The notes under the pieces: model-generated
The model's database searches: none
Seen by the model: the letters and a program-made list of their open reading frames with translations, nothing else
Told to the model about the DNA's origin: nothing
NCBI GenBank assembly: GCA_000934665.2
Contig: KZ538000.1
Location: forward strand, 1 to 64,000
Length of the DNA: 64,000 nucleotides
Source: Catajapyx aquilonaris
Taxonomy: Eukaryota
Direction: 5' to 3'
Translations under genes and position numbers: made by a program
Shown: positions 13,501-26,013 of the stretch, one piece after another
Position numbering within the stretch: the first letter of the stretch is position 1
Layout of the letters: each line of letters starts with the position of its first letter

Positions 13501-14799
13501 CAGCCCTCCGCAACTCATACGATACGGTAGGTGAATATAAAAGTCTCCGTCAGAGGCGCTGGCGCATGCCCACAGAGATGTTGTGGTTGGGGCGGCCGCT
13601 CGCGGCCGCCTGAACCTATCAGAACCATTATTTCCACTGCAGCTGGGCCCGGAAGGAATTCACAGATCGCCAGTCAGCCACCCGAACCACAACATGACTG
13701 TGGGGCTGCGCCAGCGCCAAATTTCAGGCTGGGGGAGACTTTTACTATATCCAACTATCGCAAGAACTACCGTCACCATATGTCTTGGTAGGGAGTTCCG
13801 TGGGGCTGGCCTGGAGATACGGTTAGCCGGAAGTTACTGCATACAGTACCCAACGTCACATCCGAAGACTAATTACAGTACCGGTATATCTAGTGTTTTT
13901 AGTTGCCTCCTAACCTAAATTTCTTCCTAAACCAAACGTGCAGCCGTAGTGTCCATATTATTGTTTTTAAAAATCGTAGCCTACATGTATGGGAGTGATG
14001 TGGAAGGTGTGTCAAATCATAGGCACCCGACAATAATGGGAGTTTTTTGGTGAGTGGCTGGCAAAATTTGAATGTCTGGACCGGTATTTGCCACTTTGAT
14101 TTGGTTTCATCTTGTTTCCTGTTTATATATATCCATGAAGCCCGGGAAAATGCCTCCTCTTATCAGGCAGCAGGGTTCGGTGTAAAGGGTTCGGTGACCG
14201 CAGAAGAATGCTCGCAATCCCCCCACCCCCTCCTCTTTGGGTTAGGCCGTGCATTGTGGGGCATTTAAAGATTATGGCACATTTAATTATTATTATTAAT
14301 TTCTACGCATAAATTTTTTGCGAGGGTTTTGGGAAAGTCCCCATTGTTTTTTCTGCGAGATTCCAGATTTCACCTGGTAACGTTTCGGAGAAAAGGGGGA
14401 CTTGGTAACCGAGGCTCGGCCTCAGGAATTTTTCCGACGAGAGTAGATCATGTTCCAACTAATATCTAGGAAATGACGTAGTCAGGAAAATAATGATAAG
14501 CCTATAAGAAAATATGTGCTTGCTCGGGCGGACATTTGTACATCCCCCCCCCCCACGACCCCCCAGCATGAGGTCACCAGCCTACTTAGTATAGGCACTC
14601 GACACCTTCCCTTTAATCGGAAGGGCAAAAGATCATGGAGAGTTCTTCCGGTCATAGATCCCAAGTGACAGCTCTATCGTAAGATAATAATAGTCGCAGA
14701 GGCAGCTTTTACTGAAAGATATCACGTTCTCGGCGGCGGCGGTGGTGGTGGTGGTTGGAAGGGTTTGCCCCAGTAGGTATGGCCCTCTAGTGTATGTCA

Positions 14800-15030
14800 G
14801 AACCTTGTTAACCGGGGGAAGAGGGNAAAGTATGGGATGGCAAGGTTGGGGAAGAGGGGGAAAAGTATGGGATGGCAAGGTTGGGTTGAAGGGGTTGGGG
14901 GGAGGAGGACTGACCCCGGATGCACTGCAATGGCGAGGCCAGCCCAGAGACGGGGTGGGGCTTCACCACAAGCACAACTTCCGGCCCAGAAATGCGTGTT
15001 AGGTCCGATGAAGACCACTTGAGTAGGCAC
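14800..15030. repeat. GC-rich dispersed repeat, related to 62083-62245; includes a ~35-bp tandem duplication
   Basis: ggggg..gaggag(g)..ctg.ccccgg.tg.actgcaatg...cccag.gacgggg...agaaatgcg.gt.aggtccga is shared with the 62-kb copy; aaagtatgggatggcaaggttggg occurs twice. Confidence 0.65.
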
Positions 15031-16820
15031 CCCAGTCTACCCCGCAAACAGCCGGGCAGGTGATCTGTATCATCCGGGTCAACAGTGGCACCGAGTGATT
15101 TAATTTTATCAAGCTCTCACTGAAAAAATCACGGAACCTGGGTCATGCAGCCGTCTGAGGGCAACTACTTGGTATATGCAACTACATGTACAGTACTTTT
15201 GGCTCTTTAATGTTCTCGATACCGTATTTATTTTTAATAGATTATACTGTATTATCATCATTTGATTACCCCGTGTAGTCTAGGTGTATCTCTTTATTAC
15301 TCACATAATATTTATTACATCAAAAAACACTATTTGTTAAAAAAAATCTCAAAACACAATATCCTAGAAAGACTCATTTCTGCCTCTGGAAGGTTGCCAA
15401 CTTTTGGGGGGAAACCTAACTGCGGGCCTGGCCGGAATGTCATCAGATATGTCCGATTTCGGGAACCTTTCCGATGATTTTCCAGGAATGTTCAGGAATT
15501 TGTTGTTTTGTACAATATATTGTTCTCGCACCATGAGAAATAACAATAGGCTACATAACTTGCGGTCCTTTAATACGGCATTACCCAACAAATAGAGGCA
15601 TGCCAGTAGAAATCGGGTGATTTTGGGACTAAACGGGAAGTATAACGCAGCTATTAATCAGGGTTTTGCCTGATTTTATCTACAAAACATAAGTCAAATG
15701 GAAACTGATTTCTTCTGAGGAGACTAAAAGTGAAGCATTTTACGCAAAAACAGTATGTCATAAAATGTCACTTTTCAGGAGACACAAAAAAATTCTCTGG
15801 TCTTCAAATATAAGGATTTTCACATATCTAAAAAATAATGTCTTATGAACACACTAATGTGGCATATCATGACACGAAGTTCCGATATTTGCAAGTGGTA
15901 GCAAGACTGAGCTAATGTGGTAGTAATTTTGGAAAGATTTTCAGACGGATATTGACATATTATGCAGTTTTTACGTAAAAGGTGGAATGATGATGCATAA
16001 TGTTCCACTTTTCATTATAATTCATAAAAAATCATGATTTTAATTATCAGATAATGCACTTATTGACTCCCATACATCTTCACAGCCACTACTCTTAATA
16101 TTATGATTTCATCTTTCAGTGGCATACGTCACTGATGAGTGTCAGGGTTTGACATTAGTAAGGTGCAAGAATAAGTAATGAAACAACATTGGCACAAAAT
16201 CATTCCTTTCTGGCTACTATTTCATGGTAGTGTACATAAAGGGGAACCAAGAAAAGACTGCGGGGATTAGGTGGGGTTTTCCTACTTTTCAGCCCCCCTC
16301 CCCACCTCCCCAGCCCCTATGCTTACCATGAAGATAAGTAGAGTAGCCAGATGGGGATTTTTTTGTCAACGTGGATATGGGGTATTCCGGGTTCCTTTTG
16401 CGTCTGGCAACTCTCCTTCCAAACCCCCAGAAAACCCAGGTAGTATTTTCTTGGACGGCCTTATAACATGGCACACCATTAGTGTTGTTCTTTTGCTGCC
16501 GGTAAATATAAATATTCCGTTCGGAAAGACTGATCTGCTTATCTTGCATAAGGAGAATTTTGTCCAGATTTTTCCTCCCTTGACAACTGTCCTTTGCATT
16601 GCTACAGAACCATTACCGGCGCAAGGCTTGGAACTGTGATGTGGTGGTCATAACTCATTTTCGACCATGTTTGACATAATTATGTTGTTTTTGCAAAAAA
16701 AAAGGGCTTCAAGTGGTCCCATCAATTAGCGCCCATTCGTGAGAGCTCTATATTCTCCTGTAAATCACTTCACATTTGCAATGAAACTACGGCCCTCCCA
16801 CTACTCTATCAGCAATTTTT

Positions 16821-16854
16821 CATCATCATCATCATCATCATTATTATTATTATT
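16821..16854. repeat. Compound microsatellite (CAT)n(TAT)n
   Basis: Directly visible. Confidence 0.9.
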
Positions 16855-17639
16855 GAGATGAGTTCACACTTGGCCTAATCTAACCTGATATACACTTTTC
16901 TTCTTCAAACAATGCTTTATTTACTTTTATAGTCGGGATAATACCGTAAAACTATCAGAAGGAACATTCCATTGATGCTAACACAATTCGCTAGTTGCAC
17001 CCTCCTTAATGACCCGGCCACTCCCTATTGTATCTACTAAAAGTAAGCAAATATGTCTGATTTTGTTTTGTGAATACCGACACAATTATTCTCCTGTAAT
17101 TGTCCTGAAACAATAGGGCATCAGTAGAATGTGTGGAAACGAGCCAACACTAAACAGTGGCATGACAAATACCTATAATTCCTGGACCTAAGTTTCAATC
17201 GATGTCATCTTGACAGTAGCAAGGTCAGCGTTTCCTTTGAACAGATTATCTTGCCGTTTAGCCTTTGTATAGATTTAGATCACGTTCCTTGTCTTACGAA
17301 TGTACACTAGAAAGGCATTGAATCGTGGGCTTTACCTTCCAGGAGATTAGATTGCAACTCGGTTTGGGACTCAGCTGCTTAAATGCGATTTAAAGGCTTT
17401 ATGGGGAGTATAAGGGAACTATAATGGGGGAGGGGGGGTTATTACTACGTTTGAAAACCTCTAAAATGGCAATTCCAAGTAATTCGTTACTTTTATAGCT
17501 GAAACGTATCCGTTCATTACAGAAAAAAAACATCCATGAAAATATCAGTTACGAAACACTTTCTCTGTGACTGTATTTTTGACCCAAATCGCCAGTGCGC
17601 AGTGTGGTATATAAACATGCCATATTTAATACAGCTTCA

Positions 17640-19773
17640 GGGCAATTCCACGTGAACGTGATCACCTTTTGCTCGAAAAAATTTGCCCGTCGCTCGTCGA
17701 TGAGTATCTCTCATACTATGTTTTTAGTCCAGGTCATGGTTGTAGAAGACTCAGGTTAGGTCACTCCCCACCCACCCCCAGCCGAGGGGTTTTGCAGCGG
17801 GTGCTCACCTGAGACCGCCACGAGACATTTCCCGGAGGTATCATGTGTCGACCCTACCGGGCTAGGCTGAACTTTATAGGTACGAAAGGGGAGGGCTACA
17901 TTGGGGGACCCAACATGGCCGCCGGCCCCTTTCGTACCTATAAAATTCAGCCTTAGTCCGGTAGGGTCGCCACATGATAGCTCTGGGAAATGTCTCGTGG
18001 CGGTCTCAGGTGAGCACCCGCTGCAAAACCCCTCGGCAGGTGATAAGCCCAGAAGATAGGGGTAGTGTCCGTGGGCTGGTCCGTGGGCTGGTCCAGGTCA
18101 AGTTACGGCCTTTCGTATAGGGATTTTGTCCGCTGATGCGTGGTTGCCTATCTACAGGCGCTAACCGCACATGGATCACAGTTAGAGACGCCCCTCTATT
18201 ACATTTACATGACAACGTAAATGCATGATGTAATTCACTTTCGGACACCTGTGCACATTCATATCAAAAAGCAAGATTTTTGCAAACAAATGACATTTTC
18301 AAAAAAGAGCCAGTCAAATAATGTCGTTACAATGATATCAATATATACCTTATAGTGTCCTCTATCAGCGATACAAACGGAATTTTGTATTACAAAATGG
18401 AAACGGAGCTACAGGTACTGACGTGGAGCGCTGATCGAGTGTCCACGCCCGCAGAATGAAAAGGAGCGGCCCACCTAGGTCCTTCTTCATGTCTCAGGTA
18501 GCGTACGCTTGTCCTTTGTGTTTAAGAAATATAGTTCCAAAAAACTTGGTCCGCTACCTACTTTTTATTAATTTGTCTATTCATTCCTCTATTCGTTCCT
18601 AGTCACAGTCCAAATGAACGTTCACTGTTGAGACTTGTATGGAATAATTAATTGCGGCTCCATACGAGCCTCTTGCTTTCACTATAGTGGAATTGCACTC
18701 CTGCACATCTCCACGTCAGTGATTGTAGCTCCATAACCCTTTCGTATGCCAAAATCCCATTTGTATGGCTGACAGAGGGCACTGTGAGGAGTTTTTTGAT
18801 ATCAATGTGATGACATTTGACTTTGGCTCTCGTTTCGAAATTTCATTTGTTTGAAAAATTCTCGCTTTATGCCATGAATTTGCACATCTGTCAGGAAGTG
18901 AGCATTTTCTTGAAAAGAGGAGACAATTTCACACATGAAACTTGCATCACATCATGAATTTACGTTGTCGTGTAATTGTAATAGGGGGGCATCTAACTGT
19001 GATCAAAATACAATTTGAGCCTGTAGAGAGGCAACCACGCATCAGCAGACCAAATCCTTATGCTGGAAAAGGTCCTAACGTGACCTGGACCTAAACAGAT
19101 CTCACACTCATAGACGGGCAAATTTTTTCGTGCAAAAGGTGATCACGTTCACATGGAATTACCCAGTATGGGACCAAATTTTTTTTGGAACTTTTCTCAA
19201 GTGAATTAAACACAAAGGACAAGCGTACACCACCTGAGACATGAAGACGGACCTATAGGTGGGTCGCTACTTTTCATTCTGCGGGCGTGGACACTCGATC
19301 AGCGCTCGTCCACGTCAGTACCTATAGCTCCGTAACCATTTCGTATTCCAAAATTCCGTTTGTATCACTGACGGAGGACACTATGTGTATTTTGATATCA
19401 ATGGGACGACATTTGACTTGGCTCTTTTTTGAAAATATCATTTGTTTGCAAAAATCTCGCTTTTTGATATGAATTTGGACAGCTGTCGGAAAGTGAATCT
19501 TTTTGTCGAAAAGAGGAGACAATTTCGCACATGAAACATGTATTACATCATGCATTTACGTTGTCATGTAAATGTAATAGGGGGGCGTCTCTAACTGTGA
19601 TCCATGAGCGGTTAGCGCCTGTAGATAGGCAACCACGCATCAGCGGACAAAATCCCTATACGAAAGGTCGTAACTTGACCTGGACTAAAACATATATGAG
19701 AGAATTGATACTCATCGACGAGCGACGGGCAAATTTTTTCGTGCAAAAGGTGATCAGGATGACATGGAATGAC
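17640..19773. mobile_element. Sola2-type foldback element with ~600-bp TIRs; contains an insertion in the left arm and an extra diverged arm
   Basis: Left arm 17640-18553 (GGGCAATTCCACGTGAA start, interrupted at 17737-18090) mirrors 19170-19773. A third, more diverged arm at about 18710-19164 ends in CACATGGAATTACCC. The right terminus is eroded and no TSD is seen. Confidence 0.75.
17737..18090. mobile_element. Palindromic insertion with 10-bp direct repeat GTCCAGGTCA (copy 1 of the family also at 38688-39019)
   Basis: Direct repeat at 17727-17736 and 18091-18100; the opposite host arm shows a single copy (empty site); internal ~110-bp inverted arms span 17781-18037. Confidence 0.8.
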
Positions 19774-20721
19774 AAATTGTGTTGATTCCCCGTCTTATGA
19801 TACCTGATGATACTTATTGTTTAACAAGTTCTGCTAATTGTTTCCAATGAGGTGTAAGCCCAGATGTATTTTGTATCTAATAGAACTACAATATTTGATT
19901 GAATAATAATTGCTCAAAATTACCCATGCTACACAATATGACGTCTGTTCGGACATGTATTAATACGTATGGATCTCGCACTCTTCATTCGTCTCAATTA
20001 GGTCTAGTGATTACACCCACCATGGTTCATATAAAATAATCTTATGCGAACCATTCCGGTGATCACAGTGCTAATCGGTGATCGCATCGCTCGCCTAGAC
20101 TATCTCGAGACGTGGTCGCAATGACGTGTATATGGAGCCGCAATCACTGTGACCGCGTCTCGAGCGAGCCTGACCCTATTTCGCGAAGAAAGGTCTTCTT
20201 CTGGGCCTTATACTTGTATGATTCAATCTGCCCTGTAGTGGTAGCTGGCGCAGAGTAGCTATAGCTACTCCGATTGTGGTGCAAATTGGGCGTGGGTGCT
20301 CAAGCGAGGTCAGGGGCTACCCAGTATTGGATGTTTAGAATGGGCAGCAAACTTTGAGCATGCTGTTTTCCTCCTGAATCTCGTTTTAGGTTGGTACCCT
20401 TGATTATTCTTGAAGGCCCTGAGCACAGGAGTTCCGCACCTATCTAGGTTTCTATGTTTCTGGTAGCCAGTATAGACCGATACAGTAGTTCATGTCCGAA
20501 TGCAAGAAAAGATGGAAACTGGATACAGATAATTTTAGTTACACAGCAAGGTTACCTGAGTCGATAACTTTTCGTCGATAATTTGGATGACAAGAAGGGC
20601 TACCCTTCACAGCTGGACTATTACTTCTAGGTTATTCAGAGAACGCTATCGGCACGTCTAACTCGATAATTTGCAAATTCCTTTCTGAAGTCAAAAGATT
20701 CATGTAGTAATCATATTATTA

Positions 20722-21624
20722 CAGTTGAATCCGGATATAACAGCCTCGGCTGTAACAGACTTTCGGTTGTAACAGACTCGTAAGGCCAGTCCCGCCATAC
20801 TTCCATAAGGCCGTGTATTTTTACTCCGGATATAACAGACTCATTTTCACCTCACCTCGGGTATAACATACCATTTCTTGGCCCCTCTGTAGGAAAATGT
20901 TGTTTTTGATCCCTCAGCCTCCTTTTCCATGCGCGGAAAGCACTGAATACTGGAGCGGGGTAATTTTCCCACATGTCATTGCCGATAAGGTCAAAATCAT
21001 TCTTTTTCTGATATGTTTGGCAACACCGAGATGGCAGAAAAAAATGACGGATTTTATTTGGTCCTGATTTATTTAAGGGTAGCTAATTTTGCATGTTTGT
21101 GGATATAGTTTCATTAATCAGTATGCAGTATTTTTAAAAAAAATTTACCCCGTGCCAGGCATCAATGGCCTATTTGGGGGGTGGCACACCACCATCAGTT
21201 TTCTCTGTCATTTTTCTTCAGTCACCGGTGCAAGGAGTCAAGGATATAGGGTAGGGGTAGGGATTTTTGGGGAGGGAACATGGGGTGCAAGTGCAATGTC
21301 TACAACATGGGTCATGTGCTGTCCCCCAGGAGGTTAGGTTGCCAGACACCTCCTTGGTGCAGGTCAGAGACCCTCCCGACGCAGGTGAAAGGAAAGTTCC
21401 CCAGGCGGGGATCGAACCTGGGGCCTTTCACTCAGCAAGCCGTGACGTTACCATCACGGCCACCACACCTCCCCATCAGTATGCAGTAGTGTTCATTATA
21501 AGCATACGAAAGCAGACAACTTGTGTATTCGTTGCAAAAGTGGCAATTTGGCTATAACAGACCTCCGGTTATAACAGACTGATTTCCTCGGTCCCTTGAA
21601 GTCTGTTATATCCGGATTCAACTA
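20722..21624. mobile_element. pogo/Tigger-type MITE, TA TSD, hosting a SINE
   Basis: ta|cagttgaatccggatataacag ... ctgttatatccggattcaacta|ta; repeated tataacagac motifs. Confidence 0.8.
21131..21474 (-). mobile_element. tRNA-derived SINE, family 1
   Basis: Minus-strand head GGGGAGGTGTGGTGGCCGTGATGG...GGTTCGATCCCC (A/B boxes); 14-bp TSD atcagtatgcagta at 21117-21130 and 21475-21488. Confidence 0.9.
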
Positions 21625-21957
21625 TATTACATAAACCTAACTATTCCAGACTTCGATGCTAATGTTGGCTTGATATTATTCATTACCGTATTTGACGGCA
21701 TATAAGACGCACCCCATTTCAGCAGGGCATATTCAGGGGGAAAAAAGTTCAGTGTCGTATTTAAGCATGTAATGTTTACAGCAAGTTAGCAGTATATTTT
21801 CCGTGCTAGTGTTTTACCCGAGTTTTTACCATTATTTCCATTCAGTTTCACCTCTTGTGAGTTTATTATTATAATAATAGGGTTTAGTGGACCGCCCTTG
21901 CTGGGCATCTGACACAGTGTACCTGTATATTTTTTTTGTTTTGTTTTTAAAGATGTA

Positions 21958-22122
21958 CAGTACTGGCCAATAATCGAGGCAACGACTAGCGACATTTTCC
22001 CGAAGCGGCAGAAGAAGGAATCGAAGATAAGCATGCTACAAGCCGGGCGAGCAAGATTCCTTCTTCTGCCGCTTCGGGAAAATGTCGCTAGTCGTTGCCT
22101 CGATTATTGGACAGTACGACTG
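21958..22122. mobile_element. Hairpin MITE with ~60-bp near-perfect arms, TA TSD
   Basis: ccaataatcgaggcaacgactagcgacattttcccgaagcggcagaagaaggaatc and its exact reverse complement. Confidence 0.85.
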
Positions 22123-22136
22123 TACAAGCTTGGTCC

Positions 22137-22390
22137 TTTTTCGTAACGCCCGGGTACCACGAGCAAGGGGGGATGAGCGGGGAGGGGATGAGCAATGTGC
22201 AGAATAGTAACGTTGCCTTGGTAATTTTTGTGAACTCCCCCTGTGTGGTTAGTTTAGCGGAAATCCCACCCGAGACGAAGCCCGAGATTACCCCTAACTC
22301 TGCACGAAATGAAGGGGGGAATGCCCGGGCTCGGATCGAACCCGGGCATCCGTGGTCGCATACGTTACCGCAGCGCCACTCCGTCTCCCC
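22137..22390 (-). mobile_element. tRNA-derived SINE, family 2
   Basis: Minus-strand head GGGGAGACGGAGTGGCGCTGCGGTAACG...GGTTCGATCC; homologous to 44486-44802 and 44838-45151. Confidence 0.85.
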
Positions 22391-22803
22391 TCTTTCTTGT
22401 GAGTTGAGGAATATTTAGGTACGATGGGTCGACTGGTACTGACCAACGTCTTCAGTAAACCTACTTTGCTACAATAATTCCTTCTACAGTAATGGTAATA
22501 CAATAATGTCATTTGAGTATTAGGCTAGATAGAAGGGACCGTCTGGGGTCAAATTACAGACTAGGGATATCTCAGCTTCGTATATAAGACGCAGTGAGAT
22601 TTTTTGAGCAGTCTGGGAGGGCGGAGAGTGCGGCTTATATGCCGTGAAATACGGTACTGCGCAAAATTAGACGAGTTGCAGTAAAAAATTGCATTCTTGG
22701 GGAACGGTTTATTGTCAGCGTCATATCCAGAATGTCATTCCCGGAATGGTTGTTACTAAACTCCAGGCAGTTTAATTTGCAGAAATACAAAGAAAAAGGC
22801 TTA

Positions 22804-23042
22804 AGGCCGCTTCACAAACTCGGCGTTGCGAAAGCGGGGCGAAATGCCCGTTTTACAAACCCGGATTTGCGCGAGCGGGGCGTACGGAGAGCGGAAAATT
22901 TGCGAAGGGCTATTCACAAATGCTGCGTGCGATGACCGAGCGCGGGCGTTGCGCTGGCGTCCAATCGGGTGGACTTTCTGCGTGCGATGAGCGTAAGGCC
23001 CACACGCCACGCTTTCGCAACGCCGAGTTTGTGAAGCGGCCT
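22804..23042. mobile_element. PIF/Harbinger-type MITE, 3-bp TTA TSD
   Basis: tta|aggccgcttcacaaactcggcgttgcgaaagcg ... cgctttcgcaacgccgagtttgtgaagcggcct|tta. Confidence 0.85.
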
Positions 23043-23048
23043 TTAGAC

Positions 23049-23571
23049 GGGGAGGTGTGGTGGCCGAGATGGTAACGTCTCGGCCAATGGGGTAACCACT
23101 TCGGTACTCCGGTGTACACATGCGAGTGGTACTCCCAGGTACTCCTTAGGTACCTCACTCTTTATTACTCCTTGGTACTCCTTGAATTTGGTACTCCAAT
23201 GTAGACTTTTCAGTCGAGTGATTACCCCCTTGGTCTCGGCTTGCTAAGCGAAAGGTCCCGGGTTCGATCCCCGCCCGGGAGCTCCCTTTCGCCTGCGTAG
23301 GAGGGTCTCTGGTGCACCATGGAGGTGTCTGGCAAGTGGCAACCTAGCCTCCTGGGGGACTGCACATGACCCATTTTCCGACATTGCACCTGCACCTGCG
23401 TCCCCTCCCTCAAAAAATCCCCTCCCTCAAAAAATCCCCTCCCTCAAAAAATCCCCACCCTTTACCCATGTCCTTTCGTCGATGTTGGAGAAAAAATTAG
23501 AAAAATGGAATTTACAGTGGCTTACCACCCCCTAAAAGAGCACCGTTATCTCCAATGGGGTAAAGTTTTTT
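23049..23571 (+). mobile_element. tRNA-derived SINE, family 1, interrupted by a MITE
   Basis: Same head and body as 21131-21474; TSD aaaaaggcttagac at 23572-23585, with the left copy split by the Harbinger MITE; 17-bp unit repeated three times at about 23403-23455. Confidence 0.88.
23085..23232. mobile_element. 148-bp MITE with 8-bp TSD GTCTCGGC (same family as 7420-7567)
   Basis: gtctcggc at 23077-23084 and 23233-23240; same length and sequence family as the copy in gene A intron 2. Confidence 0.9.
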
Positions 23572-24159
23572 AAAAAGGCTTAGACATCACTTTTTTATGA
23601 CATTAAATATGATCTAATGTAGTACTTCCGGACAGTTGATCGCATATTTAAATGTTCCGACTCAAGTTACATCCCCTTGCAACTTTCCCAGGAAGGCCAG
23701 AGTACAGGGTGAAACAGGAGTATATTCGACCTTCCTGCTTATCTGAGGCCTATGCCCTGCTGACGTGCGACGGGGCGGACTATTTCACTTTTTTTCTCTA
23801 AAATAATCGAATACACATAAAGAGGTGAGATGTGTTGCCTTTGATTTTCTCCTTTCAACATGCAGTTAGACCCTAATAGTGGAGGTTTTCCATATTGCTG
23901 GTTATTATGGGATCTTTCCCAGATCCATACGTAAGCAAAAAAGTGAAGAAAAAAAGGGGAACGTATCATTTCGCCACCTTTGGTTATCTCTTTTAACTTC
24001 CTGTTTGGCTTCCACCACTGGTCATTGCACCAAAGGTCAAAGGCACTTCCGGCATGTATTAGCCATAGGTCATCGACGCTTCCATGTGGTCACTCCGTCA
24101 CACTAGCATTTTCCAATTCCAAATTTAGAGTTTTTTTGTTACAACTTATTTACGATATA

Positions 24160-24388
24160 CAGGGTGTTCCAAATTCGTGGGACTTTTTTATAACTGATAT
24201 TGCTCGATAGTAGTTATTTTTTGTAGCTTCTTGTGCCCCGATACAGTTGCTCCATTACTCCCAGGGGGTCGAATATAGCAGTTGCTATAAAATGGAGCAC
24301 CTGGTTAGGGGCACAGCAAGCTACAAAAAATAACTGCTATCGGGCGATATCAGTTATAATAAAAGACCCACGAATTTGGAACACCCTG
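24160..24388. mobile_element. Tc1/mariner-type hairpin MITE (CAGGGTGTTCC, TA TSD)
   Basis: ~100-bp inverted arms; a related terminus gacccacgaacttggaacaccctgta also occurs at about 62726-62751. Confidence 0.85.
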
Positions 24389-25571
24389 TATATTTTATTT
24401 CTCCGTTCCAAGAAATAAAAAGTTCCAAGAAATAAGGGCGTCCCAGTACATTTAAATGTTCTAGGAAGTAGGTCAAGTTATTAAATGGCTACATCATTAG
24501 GCCCTGCAAAGAATAACGACCTCCGATTTATAAATAGAAGACACGTGTTTACTATTGTTTTCCCCGGTTCTTCCTCAATATCGCACCGGTGCACATATGT
24601 GTACTGGGAACAATGACATCCCATGAACCCGAAGAAGAGATAACAGTCATGTCCTGGATCTTATTACAAGTGCAGCCTGCACAGCGCCATTGCTGGGTGG
24701 TGCATTCGAAGGTGTGGTATCGAGACGAGCAGTTCATCAGAAGATTGGTCCATCACCGCTATCCAAGTAAGTCCACTTTGGCCCCGGGGCGGTGTTTCGG
24801 TGTCACCAAATTCGGGTTTGTGATGGTTTCTTTTGATAGGGATTTACCTGGTGCGGTTATATGTGAGTTTTAGGGATTTTTTTGGTTTCATAACAGAGGT
24901 GCTTTTTTGCGTTAGGCTTCTCAACCTTGCATTAGACCACCGGAAGTTGCAGTGTTGCAGTGTTTTTGACCCTAAGGTTAGCCTCTTCCTGAAATCGGTG
25001 TCCACTTGGGTTCTGAAACCGACCTGAAACTGGTTTCAGGCGGTTTCAGGTTGGTTTCATGTGTACATCTTCAAGGCAAGTGGCTTCCCCCTGGTTTGAG
25101 GCCCAAATTGCTTATGGTGTGATAACGTAGGTTTTTGAGGTAAAATTCCAGTAGGACAATATCTAGCTTGGGTCAATCAGGAATTGAACGCGGTTTCACC
25201 CTGTCTTGCAAAATGACACGCCCAGGTCGCATTTAGGATTGTTGCAACCGGTTGCATTGGGGTCAAAGTGTACGTTCCTGAGGAATCCTAGGTCAGAGGA
25301 TCACAAACTCTTAGTGTGACCTAAGGTAGGAACAGATATTATTCTGGGCAGTAGTAGTCCATTCTTTGCTGTTCCAGCTGTTCCTCTGCCATATCGCATA
25401 CTCTATACGTGTCAAATGACAATAATTATGAAGCCTCTACAGTATCTGTCTATAGTACATGATCCAGTTGCATTGTTCAGATTGTAATTTTGGCACTAAG
25501 CTGCTTGCTTATTGCTAGACAGTTATTTTTCCAAATGGTTAATTTAGGAGCTATTAAAATATGACATGCTA

Positions 25572-25750
25572 CAGTAAAACTCCTCTAAGTTGGACACTCA
25601 CGGTTCCACAAAAAAATGTCCAACATAGAGGGGTGTCCAACTTAGAGAGATAGTTAACATTGATAGGCTTTTCCACTGTTCCGAAAAAAAATGTCCAACA
25701 TAGAGAGGTGTCCAATATATAGGGGTGTCCAACAACAGGGGGTTTTACTG
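25572..25750. mobile_element. pogo/Tigger-type MITE, TA TSD
   Basis: ta|cagtaaaactcct ... agggggttttactg|ta; internal tgtccaac repeats. Confidence 0.8.
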
Positions 25751-25926
25751 TAATATCAAGTCGAATAGATTCCAGCTTTTTGACCACTACAAAGGAGCAC
25801 AACTGCAATAAATGACATCTCCTATTGACATTCTCTGAATTTTTTCACTTCAGGGAATGTCGCCAAGACACGTTTGGGCACTCATAGAATACAAGCATTA
25901 TTGTTATGCTCCTGTTTCAGCTAGCC

Positions 25927-26013
25927 ATGAACGTCCACCGAAGAAGGGCTGCGTTTTTTGAAGAGCGCCTAAGAGCTGGAAGATTGGACATGACTTGGAT
26001 CTCCAGCGTAAAG
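25927..26013 (+). CDS. Gene B coding exon 1 (MNVHRRRAAFFEERLRAGRLDMTWISSVK)
   Basis: cctgtttcag acceptor 6 nt before gccATG, the same spacing as gene A; gtaagt donor at 26014. Confidence 0.78.

Larger units (their letters stand above)
21686..22654. mobile_element. Tc1/mariner/pogo-type MITE (CCGTATTT termini, TA TSD) hosting two insertions
   Basis: ta|ccgtatttgacggcatataagacgcac ... gtgcggcttatatgccgtgaaatacgg|ta. Confidence 0.8.

Noticed and set aside
24589..24873. 94-aa ORF with a gtaagt donor at 24767 as an extra coding exon of gene B
   Set aside because: Splicing to 25921 would be out of frame with the ATG at 25927; at most a candidate 5' UTR exon.
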